From Entomortierella parvispora E1425 (lineage: Eukaryota; Fungi; Mortierellomycota), in the NCBI GenBank assembly GCA_020891255.1, contig BQFW01000012.1, positions 1,674,001 through 1,738,000 on the forward strand: a stretch of 64,000 nucleotides of DNA. Reading direction: 5' to 3'. A program made the translations under genes and the position numbers. The notes below the pieces were generated by a model, which did not search any database, was not told where the DNA came from, and saw only the letters and a list, made by a program, of their open reading frames with translations. This document shows positions 1 through 12,324 of this stretch, piece after piece (positions within the stretch are counted from its first letter, which is position 1; each line of letters starts with the position of its first letter).

Positions 1-27
1 CAACGGATACACGACGATTCCTCATCG

Positions 28-2896
28 ATGGAGCATTCTTCCATGGGAGGTAAGCACCGGTCCCGCATCGACATCGCGAACCTCCTCAACCGGGCTTCGT
101 CCGTCGAGGCCCCGAACGCGACTGACGCGTCCACACCGAACCATCTGCGCGCCATCACCGAGGAAGCAGATGATCTCGACAGTCGGCATCCCTCCGTTTC
201 CTCCTCGTCCTCGTCCTCACTCGTCCCTGGTCACAACGAGTACAGACACGACGATGGCCATGTCCGCTCTTTTGTACCCTCGGCTCCGTCGGACCACCGA
301 TACCCCTATGGCGCCCGCCCTGCGTCATTCTCTGCCAGCTCTTCTGCCCAGCCCTCGACCTCGGCGCCCATGTACGCATCCTCAACGGCCTCACAACCAC
401 CCAGGCTCGCCTCCACGGGATCATTGCAGCGCTCTGCATCTGTTCACATGGACCGCAACCAGGACTACGACTACACTGGCCCGTACGAGGAGGACCGGCA
501 ACACCGGACTGATCGATCAAAGAGCGATTATGCACTCCACCAACGGAACTATGGGCCATTCATCGCCGGGTCGTCACCTCCACCCACCGCGGCCACGTTG
601 CCTAAAGGTACAAGCGGTGCCCCTGTGGCATCTTCCGGTGGTCTTGTAGGAGAAAGGGGGAACACAGGCGCCCATCTGTACTATGAGCAAGCCCCGCGTC
701 CATACCCACCACATTCGTATCACTCGACCTCATCGTCGTCCTATCCACCTCCTCCTCTCACAAAGCACCCCAGTGGTTCAGCAGGGCCTGTGTCCAACAG
801 CACTATTGGAACCATCAACAACAGCGGCTCTCATGGCCAACATCACTCTCAAACCCATGCGGTCTCGTCCGCTCGGCTTCCAAACTATGCACAAGCCCAG
901 GCGGAAATGGACAAGAGCGAGCAACTCAGACGGCCAAGCCATGGCCCCATCGTGCCCATCCTCCCCCCACCTGCAGTACGTTACATCTTTTTTCTTTTTG
1001 TTTGTTGTCAATTTTTTTTTTTTTTTTTGTTTATCCGCCAAACCGCCCTTCCGTCTGGTCGCTCTCGTCCCTGCAAATGCTTATCCAATTCCCACCGCTG
1101 AGTGGCCAGCAGGAGTGCTGCTCTCGGAACTGCATCATCATTGTGCTCAAGCGCAGCTATTCAATGCTGTCCCTTGGGTTTTTTTTGTTGTCACGCTTGC
1201 ATGAAATTAACCTACTGGAACCCGATTTTCTTTATTTTATTTTTTCAGGCAATGCTCTCTGGAGCAACTGCAGCTGGCGAGAGCAAACCACCTCGGATTT
1301 ATGGAAGGGACTCGACTGCCGATGATATTTGGCCACCCATTCCACGCAAGACGAGGGTCGTGCCCGTGGATGCACCCAACGAGGGGAGACCGTATCCATA
1401 TACCAACTCGGCCATGTTGCCCCCTCCACCCCCATCCTACCCACCCGTGTCATCTGCGTCATCGTACAACTCTTCCTCATCCTCTGCATTACCTTACTCT
1501 TCCAACTATTCAGAGAAGAAGCCCCCACGGAGAATTTACGGTATCGATGCAGCCGACATCCCCGCGCGACAGGCACCACCTGCCCCCTACGGCTCCAACC
1601 AATTCTCGAAACCAATGCAAGAGGGGCGAGAAGACCATGGACACGCGGCCTACCCTCGACAGTTCAATGGACCCAACGTGGCGCCATCCACCCCCACACA
1701 CGGTTCACAAGGCTATGGATACAATGCATCATCTGGTCACCATCACTCTGTTCAAGAGAAGAGCCGATATGACTATGAACAGCAGCAGCAGCAACGTGGA
1801 AACTGGAATGCTTCTCAACAGCAGCGCCATGGATCCAATACTTCATCGATCCCCTCTGTCTCCTCTTTTGCGCAGGCTCGACCTTACTCTCGGCCTCCAT
1901 CACCTACAATGGACATCAAACCACCCACCTGGTACCAGAATTACGCCCACAGTGTTCCACCAAAACCTCAACCCAGACCTTCTTATGGACATCAAGATTC
2001 CTACTATGGAGCTCATCCAGCGGCGCAACAGCATCAGCAGCATGGCAACATGGCTTCACGGGATGGATGGCACGGAAGGCCAGGATACCCAGGAAGTACA
2101 CTGGATCCATTGATGGAAGGTCAGAGGTATGACGGGTCGCTCGACTCGGATGAACACCACCATCGTTCCTCTTCCTCTAAGCGATCATCCAAGGGTGGTG
2201 TTGCACCAGGAGAGAATCTACAGTCGATCCATCCGTTTGACACTGCCGTAGAGTCCCGACCCTCGAAATCGAAGAAGATCAAGCGGATCAAGAACGTGGG
2301 CCAGGACGAGGACATGATTGTGATGGATGATGAATTCTATGCAGTCAAGGCTAAGCGTAAGCGTGCCAATGCCAGTCAACTTTCCGTCCTGAACGCCGCT
2401 TTTGAGCGTTCGTACTTTCCTTCGACGGAGGAGCGTCTGCGTCTGTCAAAGCAGTGTCGTATGTGCCCACGAACAGTCCAAATTTGGTTCCAGAACAAGC
2501 GACAGAGTGTCAAGGCTCGTACAGAGGCCATGGAAGCTGGAGGCAACGGGGAGGGAGCTGCTAATGGAGACGATGAAGGCGATCTGCACGATGCGGAGGG
2601 TGACGAGGATGGAGATGAACACCAGAGCAGCAGCGATGGTCAAAAGCGCTCTATTGATGACCAGGGACAGGAGAAGGGTGCCAATGGAACGTCCCGGAAA
2701 CCGAGACACGCCTCGATGCAAGGGGGTGGTTCTGGTGGCGAGCGTTCCAAGAAACAAGACCCGGCTCTCATGACCCCGTCCGAGGCTGTCATGTCGGCGC
2801 TCCACATCCAACTCGATGGTCGAAGCGTAGACTACTTTTCTCGCAAGAGACGGGCTACCATTGCAAAGATGGAGCAGAATGGACAAAAACAACAGA

Positions 2897-2941
<45 letters not shown>

Positions 2942-2976
2942 CACAACAACAGGCAGTTCAACAGCAAAACTCGTAG
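28..2976 (+). CDS. Homeodomain transcription factor, YOX1/YHP1-like; exons 28-975 and 1249-2976
   Basis: Homeodomain KRKRANASQLSVLNAAFERSYFPSTEERLRLSKQCRMCPRTVQIWFQNKRQSVK at ~2350-2520; the WFQNKRQxVK ending matches Yox1-type domains. A phase-0 GT-AG intron (976-1248, GTACGT...TTTTTCAG) joins the two ORFs in frame. C-terminal poly-Q. Confidence 0.85.
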
Positions 2977-3131
2977 GGAGGTTTGCTTGTAAAATAAAAA
3001 AAATGAGAAAAAAACCACGCGTCGTGACTGCCGACTTTTTTTTTTTTGGTGAAACTCTGGTGCATCGCTTCGATCTCTTCTTCACTTTTTGCTTGCTGCC
3101 GCTCCTCTATCCCCTCATCCTGCTTAACAAC

Positions 3132-6100
3132 ATGACTCTCAGGCGCAGATTGAAGGCCACAGTAGCATCACCGGTGCCTTCGTCGCCGTCTCTTTTATCG
3201 CCTCTGGATACCCTCACGGCCATGGCCGCCATGGCTCAAGTGCATACACCCTATTCCTCGTCTTGTTCATCCAACCCGTCTTCCCCCTCGGCGGCCAAGG
3301 CGCCCACGACGATTCTACATCTGCCCTTTGAGATTGTGGTGGGTCAGATCTTTGCAATCCTCGAACTGACCGATCTGGCACGGCTGGCGCGCGTTAGTCG
3401 AGGAGTCCACCAGCTCTGTCAGACCGACTATCTTTGGCAGAAAAAATTTTTCCTCGACTTTGCGTACCGGCCCACGAAGGTGATGCGACCTTTTGGGTGG
3501 AAACGGCTCTACCAAGCCATGGATCGTGTCGAGGTCTACACTTGGGGTAAAGAACAAAGAAAGCAAAGAAAAAGATGTCGTAGCGGAGGCTAAAGCTGTC
3601 TTTCGGGAACTTTTTTGGACCGTGGAAAAGGGATAACAAAGTCGTGAGGTTCAGGATATTGACACCTCTTTTTTCTTCACTTGTCCTGCCTTCTCGTTTC
3701 CAATAGGTAGTAATGAAGACTGTCGGCTAGGATATGGAAGAACGCCTAAGAAGTTTTACGAAAGTGTTCCGAAGCGAGTTCGACGACTGGATGGGGTGGG
3801 GATTGTCCAATTGGCGCCGACTGGGTGGGGCTGTCACGCTTTGGATCGTCATGGAAATGTCTGGGCCTGGGGTCGTAAGTGAGATTTTCCTTTTGTCCCT
3901 TTCTCTTGTTTTTTCTCTCCTACCATGGAATCATAGTGATGCAATGAGACTCAGTGGTTGTCTAAATTGTTGATAGGTATCATGAACTCGAATGCCATCA
4001 GAGCAGACGCGATGCCAAGGATGTTGACCCACCCTCGGAATGTCGTTGATCTGGCGGCTGGTCGACAAATTGTGCTGGCTCGTGATGCAAAAGGTCAGGT
4101 TTGGCAATGGTGCCGTGAAAACGCCATTTCACCAGTCACTTTTGGGACAGACTACCGTAGCCATTACTTTACAACCCAGGATACACATTCAGACATGGAA
4201 GAGGCTTCAGAATCATGTCCTCACCAACAGCAACAGCCAGAACAACTGCCTCTGGAGACCGAACATGATCCTGTAGAACAAATATCGGCTGGATGGGATA
4301 TCTGCGCGGCACTGACGAGATCTGGACGGATCTTTGCCTGGAGACCACGACAATCTGCAGATGAACGGTACAAGCACCGAACCCATGTTCAGTATTCAGT
4401 GTCGTTGAAGGAGCAAGGTCCAGAGGGCTATGAATCGCATGCGATGTATGGAGACAAGTTTGTCAAAATGGCGGTCGGTTCAGATTTTATTATTGCGGTG
4501 ACAACATTGGAGAAGGTGTACATCTTCCGCCTCTTTGATTCGCCTCATTATCTGGACCCATCAGATGAAGAAGGCATGAATACCGGTCATCACTCTGGAC
4601 GTCATCATCAGCAAAACCACCCTGAGCAGCAGCAACATCATCACCATCATCATCGTCGTCACCACCATGGTCACCGTCGTCGTGCACCACGTGGAGACGA
4701 TACAGAGGACAAGATCATCATGGAGCACGTCGCCGATGGCTCGCTGCATGAACGCGTCGTGGAATTGAGGGGCAGAATCTTGGGTCATGGGCTGCACCTC
4801 CCCATCTTTTCGGAAGCCCTGACGCAGACGGTGACCGAGACCTATGAAGAACATGATCAGCGGGAACGTCAACAACGCCTTCGACGACGCCAGTCTTTGC
4901 CCCTCTACCCGCGTCCACACCACCCGCACGCTTCTCACCTCTCTTCTGCTCCATCACGACACCCCGACCATCGACGACGCCATAATTATGACCTATTAAT
5001 TCGACGCAGCTCAGACAACAATGATAGTAGCTATGGTACTGGGGAAGATGAAGAAGAGGACCAGGATGAGGAAATGGAGGATGGAGATCAGCAGGACGAC
5101 TCTAATCGGCAGCCAATTCGATCGACAACCACCTCATCCAACGCCCACCCTCCCTTTCCTTCCTCTGCGTCCTTGTCTTCAACTTCTTCTCGACCCACGA
5201 CCGTCTCTGCCAACTTTCGAAATTTTGCCCTCCATCATTCTTCGGGCAAGGTTTTGTTGGGAACAGAGGATGTCCAGGTCCACAGTTGCCCCATCATGGT
5301 CGACCGGCTGTTGGCGAATGCCTGTCAGGTTGAATTTGGAGACTACCACCAGGGTCTGTTGACTGAGGATGGCCAGCTCCGGACCTGGGGCGCGTTTGCG
5401 GACGGAGCCTTGGGTCATGGCGATCTCCGGACTGGATGTGCGATCCCCACAGTGGTAGAGGGTCCACTGAAGAACAAGTTTGTGATCAAGATCGCCCTGG
5501 CAGGTTGGCAAAGCGCTTGTCTTGCTATTGACTTGAGTGAGGAAAGAACAGTGCCCGTCTCGGAAGAGAGACTCTTGGATACACAGCAAAGGGCAAAATC
5601 TCTCGGTCAACCCATCTCCAATGCGTCTGGTGCAGGGAATCATCCTAGCAAGCTCAATTGGCGGTCCTCCAACAAGGGCAGTGGCGTCGATGATGGTTAT
5701 AATAGTCTAGAATTGACCAGTGTCAGCGAAAGTGGAAGCGCCAGCGAAACCTTTGACAGCAGCGATGGTGAAGAACGCATCGTGTATAGACTTCACAAAG
5801 GAGTGTTCGCGCCTCTCCCTGCACCTTCGTCCGCCTCTCCAGAGTTAATTCCCTCTGAACCATCTTCACTTGGATCATCATCGTCGTCGTCGTCATCATC
5901 AGGAATCGGAAGCTCGGTCATCTCCAAAGGATCTGGGACTTTGGGAGTTATACCAGTCGTTGCGACTGAAGGTTCCTCGGCTTTGATGCCGTCTTCGACT
6001 TCCAATTCACCCTGGCTGCATCCAGCGACTCCCTTTCAGCCTCTCACGGCAGCCTGTTCCGCCACCTGTTCCCTTCTCGTGAGTCCGCACAGTCATCGAC

Positions 6101-6402
6101 CCAACAGTAGCATGAGCGGATCTGGGACCTCAGGGTCTCACCATCGAGCGACACCACTCCGGAAGAGAAGCTTTTCCATGGTCGAAAAGTTTGGTCACAT
6201 TTCCAGTAGTGGCGAGAGCAGCCATAGCAGCCATAGCAGCTGTAGTTCTTCGGCTGAATCCGATAGTCGGGCCACCCCTCAGGAAGAAAGAGCCTACAGG
6301 ATGATGGCCGTGACTCGACTCAATCCAACCTTGACGGTGTATGAACCTGCAGAGTCTTCGACTCGACAGCTGGTCAACTATCTTTTAACGTACCCTTCAT
6401 AA
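3132..6402 (+). CDS. SAF1: F-box plus RCC1/BLIP-II repeat protein (SCF-associated factor 1-like); exons 3132-3546, 3707-3874, 3977-6402
   Basis: F-box ILHLPFEIVVGQIFAILELTDLARLARVSRGVHQLCQTDYLWQKKF. Spliced RCC1 repeats (VYTWGSNEDCRLG, GNVWAWG, GQLRTWGAFADGALGHG, IKIALAGWQSACL). Canonical introns keep the frame. Confidence 0.8.
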
Positions 6403-6533
6403 AGTCACCGCGATCCCCCTAATAAACGGACCGCCTAATAAAATCTTGCTCTGTTCCCTCTGACCAAAGAAAAAAAAAAGAAAAAAAGTTCACAGAGAGC
6501 TTTCCGGATACCAGAACCGGGGCGCCGGGTGGC

Positions 6534-6538
6534 AAAAA
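6534..6538 (-). terminator. Pol III oligo(T) terminator of tRNA-Arg copy 1
   Basis: T5 on the minus strand 12 nt after the tRNA 3' end; conserved in copy 2 (17957-17961). Confidence 0.6.
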
Positions 6539-6550
6539 GAGAGCCCTTAA

Positions 6551-6622
6551 TGATCTACGCAGGGGTCGAACCTGCAATCTCCTGATTCGTAGTCAGACGC
6601 CTTTCCATTGGGCCAGCAGACC
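6551..6622 (-). tRNA. tRNA-Arg(ACG), intronless, copy 1
   Basis: Reverse complement GGTCTGCTGGCCCAATGGAAAGGCGTCTGACTACGAATCAGGAGATTGCAGGTTCGACCCCTGCGTAGATCA. 7-bp acceptor stem GGTCTGC/GTAGATC, A box TGGCCCAATGG, anticodon arm TCTGA-CTACGAA-TCAGG, T arm GCAGG-TTCGACC-CCTGC. Confidence 0.97.
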
Positions 6623-6759
6623 GTTCTCTCGAACAACCGAATGGTTGTTGTTGTTGTTTTTCTTTTTTTTCTGGTGGTCTATATACTGGTGACTGTTCAC
6701 CGCTTCAAAGGCTCTTAAGGGTACGAAACGCCACCAATTTTGGCATTGATCTTTTTTTC

Positions 6760-7359
6760 GTCACTGCCTACCAAGGACTGTTACACTCGGCGCTGATCAC
6801 AGCCTGGACACCGATTATTAGAGGACCCCGCTCGGTTGTGGTCGCAGTTGCTCACCAGTTTATCCGCCGCCTGGACAGAGACGCCCTTGCACGTATCTGG
6901 AAGACACGGTGCGAAGTCACCATTGCCTGGGAGAAGTCACAAGGCATCCGCCCCAAGATGAAAAAACAAGCAGCCCCGTCGGGGCAGCCGTGGAACAATG
7001 CCTCTGGTGCGATCCTTGCGCCAGGCACCTGCCAATGCGGCAAGGCTTATACTGACCACCACAAAGGCCTCTGCCCAGGTGCCCAAGACGATCCTACGCT
7101 GGCTGACCAGCGACTACTGGCTTGTGTGCGTGGCCAGGTTCACTTATCGACATTAGAAAAGATGGGGAAGATCCATTTTTTGTAACATTTTACTCTTCTT
7201 TATAACACGGCGACGAGTCGTGGCATTTGTTGCGCGGGGATCCGGGGTCATTTGTCGTCTGGACCACGCGGCTTTGCTAGGTTGTAGATAGTTTGGTCTC
7301 GCACTTCACTTCTTTGGCTCGACATAGCAAATAAAATGTTGCAAAAAAAAAAAAAAAAA
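6760..7359 (+). mobile_element. 5'-truncated non-LTR retrotransposon (LINE, L1/Tx1-like) 3' end with poly(A) tail and target-site duplication
   Basis: Frame is open from the junction (VTAYQGLLHSALITAW...LARIWKTRCEVTIAWEKSQGI...CQCGKAYTDHHKGLC) to a stop at 7185, resembling the C-terminus of LINE ORF2 proteins from early-diverging fungi. Then ~155-nt 3' UTR, AATAAA at 7330-7335 and A17 at 7343-7359. TTTGGCATTGATCTTTTT is duplicated at 6739-6756 and 7360-7377, followed in both by CGT after a T-run length difference. Confidence 0.85.
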
Positions 7360-7662
7360 TTTGGCATTGATCTTTTTCGTTCTCTCTCGCGGACGGTGAC
7401 CATCGAGGATCTTTGACAAGAGGTATCCACTGATAAGAATACGACGAGGCTTACGTACATCAGTGAGCGAAAGCAGGCGATGAAGAAGGAAGCGAAGAGG
7501 GGGGTTTTTTTTGGAGTCCTTTTATTTTGGAATATACAAAGAGTTGTTTATACGGAGACTTGAAGAAGTAGACTATTTATATTACAAGTGGGGTAAGTGT
7601 GGAGAAGGGAGGTGTTTTGGAGATGCCGATGAAAAAGATGGCAGTCAATCCTTTTCTTTTTT

Positions 7663-9474
7663 CTAAGGCAATTCGGTCTTGTCGCCGCCATACTTCTCGG
7701 GCTCAGCCTTGACCTCTTGGAGAGTACTCTCGGTCTTTGGGCGAGAATCGACATAGCGATCCCACTCGTCCTGCTCCTGCTGCTTGCTGACAAACTTTAC
7801 ACCAAAGGTACCGATGCGGATCAAGCGACCAAAGAAGCGAATGCGGGTGAACTCACCAGGGACCGAGGGCAAGAGACGGTCGCGAATGGTGGTGCGGACA
7901 AACAGAACGACAAGGAGACCAAAAGCAGCGATACCGACCAACCAACGAAGGTTGATGCCATAGATCCAGTAGTCCTTGGCGGTGTAACCTTCGTTGTTGA
8001 TCAAGTTGTTGTAAAGAGCGGTGAAGAGCAAACCACCGGCAATACCGGCAATAGACCAAGCCGTGAGAATGATTCCATGCATAGCACCAATGTTGGAAGG
8101 ACCAAACATGTCGCACAGGAAGGCGGGGATACAACCAAATCCACCACCGTAGCAGGCAGTCAAGATCCAGATCAGGGCCAAGAATCCAGGGTAGTTCTTG
8201 TTGGCCATCAACGTAGGCAAAGCACCCAAGGCAACAACCTGGCAGACCAACATGATGATGTAGCAGTTCTTGCGTCCAAACTTGTCCGAGACAACAGCAA
8301 AGGCGAGACGACCAAACAAGTTGAATCCACCATTGATAGCGACAATGGTAGCACCAGTGCTAGCATCCTTTCCAAAGATATCGACGACCATGTTTGAGAG
8401 ACGGGACAAGACGACGAGTCCAGCGATTTCGTTGCCAAAGAACATGAGGTAGATCAACAGGTACTCGCGCGACAAGATGGCCTTGCTCAAGGACATGGTA
8501 GCAGAGGGATCACGAATGTTGGAGGCCGACTTTTCAGACTTGAAGGCCTCGACATCGCCGTTCTCGTCGACCTTGTTGCGGTAAACATCCAAGCCGTTGA
8601 CGGTAAAGCCGGGAGGGGGCACACGGAAGATGAAGCAGCAGAAAAGCATGATGCCGAAGTAAATGCAGCCCAACGTAATGAACGTGTTGGTCAAGCCGAT
8701 CTCAGCCTTCAAGGGTCCTGGGACTTTGGCCAAAGCAATAGAGCCAGCCCCGAATCCACAGACAGCGAATCCTCCAGCAAGACCACGACGGTCAGGGAAC
8801 CACTTTTGAAGAGCAGAGACGGGAGAGATGTACGAGAGACCCAGACCAGTGCCTCCAATGACACCGTACCCAAAGTAGATAACACCCATGACCTAGATTG
8901 CGGGGAACATGGGTGAGTTTTTTTTTTTTTACGCTTGAGGAGATACTACTGTCGCTCACAGCCTCGGTGCTTTTTCAGAATACAAGCGGCGCTTTGCTGT
9001 GTCTCCGAATGAATGAGCGACCGCAGAAAGTTGTGCTCAGTAAAGTCTTACCTTGGTGTGGATACCAATGGCAGCAATCATGTTTCCGATAAAGAAGAGA
9101 GTTGTTCCAACAAGAGCGGCCGTGCGGGGTCCCACACGCTCCAACCAGGGGCCGTTGACGGCAGCAGAGAATCCAAAGAATCCGATAGCGATGTAAAATG
9201 TCACGGCGGCGTTGTGCTGCTTAGGCTTCTTATCCGCGCCAAGGCCATAAAGTTCTCCGTCAATAGGATCGTTGAAGACTGACCAGGCATAGAGAGATCC
9301 GCAAATGGCTTGAAAGAGGAAAGCAGCTGGGAACATGAGCCAGCGGTTGAAGGGCATGCCCAAGTATCTCTTTTCACGCTCGATTTGGGCATCAGAGCGA
9401 CGCAGCCTCGTGTCATTGTAATGGTTTTTGATGAATCCAAGGACGCCGCCCTTGGTAGTGGTCGTATCGGTCAT
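7663..9474 (-). CDS. MFS transporter, oxalate:formate antiporter (OFA)/monocarboxylate family; exons 9474-9052 and 8892-7663
   Basis: Motifs GSLYAWSVF, GLGLSYISPVSALQKWFPDRRGLAGGFAVCGFGAG, NLFGRLAFAVVSDKFGRK and YGGGFGCIPAFLCDMFG; about 12 hydrophobic segments; phase-0 intron 9051-8893. Confidence 0.88.
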
Positions 9475-12324
9475 GGCGATTACTTCTGTTCTTGCAATGG
9501 ACACGTCAGGGGATGAACGGAGCAGGGGATGCTATTAACAGAGGCGAGAAAGGAAGATAAAGTAAGGGGAGGAGAGGAGAGGAGAGGAGGTGGAAAAGGA
9601 CAAGGAAAGAGGTCAAAAAAGCAAACCGAATGGAAGGAAGCGAGACGTATTTATACCGAGAGAAAACACACAACGACGGCGAACGACTTTCTGTGGGTTG
9701 GGGTAGAATTCCTGGACGGTGCAAGGACGAATGATCCTAATGGAAAAATCAGAGACAGACACGCCCACTTACTGTCAGCCCTTTGCAATTCACTTCTGTG
9801 CCAACAACACATCGACTGAGGGGAGGGTTATCTATTTCGTTCTTGACTGACGAATAATGAACACTGAACCCAAAAAGACAGCAGCGGTCAACCTTGTCCA
9901 CGTCGCACATGAGTCTAACAGCGGTCTGCTGTACCGGGCAATCGCGCTCTCTCTGCACCCCAAGCATTCAAAAAGAAAATTTGCGGGTATTTCACCCAAC
10001 AGACATGATCTAAGGCTTAGCTGCAACTTTATTTGTTTCATTGCACCCGTGCTCTTCGGTTTTTTGTCTATTGTTCCACTCACCGATGTGCTCGTTCGGA
10101 GTAGCACTCCCAGCGGAAGCCGAACAAATGCCAGGGGTGGGGGGACGGGGAGGACGAAGCCGGTCCCGGCACCGTCGGCTAGATCTCTTCAAAGGGGGTG
10201 GATGAGCGGACAAGGAGGTGACGACTGGCTTGATATCACTCGTTCAATGCTACAATGTCATTACTGGATCAATTGGGTCGATCGGTGAGTGCAAGATGCT
10301 CGGACATGTTGTCGGCCACTCCAAACACTGTGAGCAACGAGGAAAAAGAGAGAGAGGCCATCAACCCCTCCACCCACATGCAAATCGAAGCTAGGCTGAG
10401 GGACTGGAGAGCGCAGGGGGGGGGGGGAGGAAGGGGCGCACCAAGCTGCCGACCGACCGGGCAGGGTCCAAGTTGTTTCTGGCCTTGTTGCAAGGACTCG
10501 ATTCATGGTCCGCTGGATTTTGTCCGTGGACACAAGATTTGTCCCTGATCTGAGTGATATGGGCCACATGAACGAAACAACACTCGTTTGGGGCAAAAAA
10601 AAGTCGCAGGTTCGACGGCGGACAATCAAATGGTTCATCTCCCATCCAAGATACGTGCGCACTGTCGTTGAACCCAGAGGACCGGTCTAGGCACCATAAT
10701 ACCTTTACTCCTTTGGCCCGCAGGTCCGACACCCCAGGCTGAGATCGTGTTAAACGTTTCGCTGGGGAGGGGTTTGATGTTGACTTTGGACTTCTTTTGT
10801 CCATTGACACTTTTTCCACTCTTGCTGAGGCCAGTGTGCCTTTTATTTATAGCCACCCAGCCCCCCTTGATCATTTTACCAGGGAAAAGCGTTTGTTTGA
10901 TTCCCGAGGAAAGAAGAGAGATAGCAGCACCGCTGCAGAAGATAGTTGACTTTAAGCTCAATCATAGCACCTTGTGCAAGTCTACTTTTACCGGGCATTC
11001 AAATTGAACCACTGGTATTTTAGACTGTCTGCATGAACCAAACACAGCAGAGCACTAGTTTGGTCAGCGATTGCCCCGCTTAAGTCTCTCAGTTCTTTCT
11101 CAAGGTGGCCACGACCCAGACCTGCCCTGCCTGGTCCATTATTCGACATTCTAACCGGGTAGGTAGCCCCATGAAGGTCTTTCATTGACGACTGCGTTTG
11201 GGGTCTCGGAGCAATTGGAGTGGATATTGAATTGGACTGGTTTGGAGACGCTTTGTGGGTTAGGAAGGTTTCTATGGCGTTGTATTGTAAAAAAGGAGGG
11301 CCTGGAAGAGCGGATGCTCCCGGTTTCGCTTCTCCCTGAGTATCGCGTTCATTTCTTCATTGTTTTTTTTTGCAGGGACGTTTATTTGCGCCTTCCATCT
11401 CCAATCGAGGATGTCAGGCGGTCGGGTGGCAGGGTTCCGTCTGGTTAGCGCAGAATTCTCTGCTTCCTTCAGAAGAGAGAAAACAAAAACCTTGTTTGGC
11501 ATAGAAGGAGAAACTTGAAAATCCCATGTGGAGAAGAAACATTTGGTAACCTTGACGGTTGTAACAACGCGAATCTTGTCTCCATTTCGTTGTTGCTGTT
11601 TGTGTTTCATACCGGGGGTTTGTCTTGTCTGCCGCAGTTATTATTTTCGTTCATGGTTCTTCGCCTTCTTTGGTGCCAATTCCTTACAGTACGATCCGTT
11701 TACTGTTAAACAAACAAACAAACAAAAAGCATGATCATGTCGATCGAAGCATTCCCGGGGGAAGTTTGGTTCTGCAACCGCTCTAGATGCTGCATGCGCC
11801 TCCGGACGTTACTACCGCTCTTCCAAATGCTGGGACCACTCCCAGGATGCTGAACTCTGTCTTCGATCAACCTGGTCTTCTTCGATTGAACTAAAAGGAG
11901 CAGACGACCACTTGAACACTTATCTGCGACTTTAATGGTGCGGGTGCCACCGTTGACATCACTCAACTTACGGAGAAGCTCACAGTACAAACGGAGCGGC
12001 GAAACACTGCCTTGCCTTATCGCTTGACCCCTGCCTTTGGAGAAAAAGAGTGCTCATGCTTACCCAAAAGACGATTGTGCAAGGGCTCTTGTTTGTGGCA
12101 CGGTACCTTTCGTGGAGCGTTTGGCCCAATGGCCCCTAGCTTTGAAAACGATAAGTGCAACTATATATACGGCACGTGACTCGATCCTAGAACGACCTGT
12201 CACCGAACGCTGGTCTATCGCATAGGCTATGTCGATCGCGATCGTCTGGTTGATGCATGTGGCCTACTTGCGCACAGCTGCCATCCTCCACACATTCACG
12301 TCTTTTACCCCACGCGACCCACAC

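Larger units (their letters stand above)
6172..6750 (+). repeat. Direct repeat copy 1 (~570 bp): 3' end of the F-box/RCC1 CDS, 3' UTR, tRNA-Arg and its 5' flank
   Basis: Aligned by eye to 17592-18190, starting at TTTTCCATGGTCGA. About 95% identical over the CDS part; tRNA body identical. Confidence 0.95.

Noticed and set aside
7717-8397. Plus-strand 226-aa ORF
   Set aside because: Antisense shadow of the MFS transporter CDS.
9800-12300. Many short ORFs with vaguely protein-like stretches (e.g. 10988-11185 and 11706-11990, minus strand)
   Set aside because: No recognisable domain, frames do not join, and no terminal repeats were found; cannot be supported without a database search.
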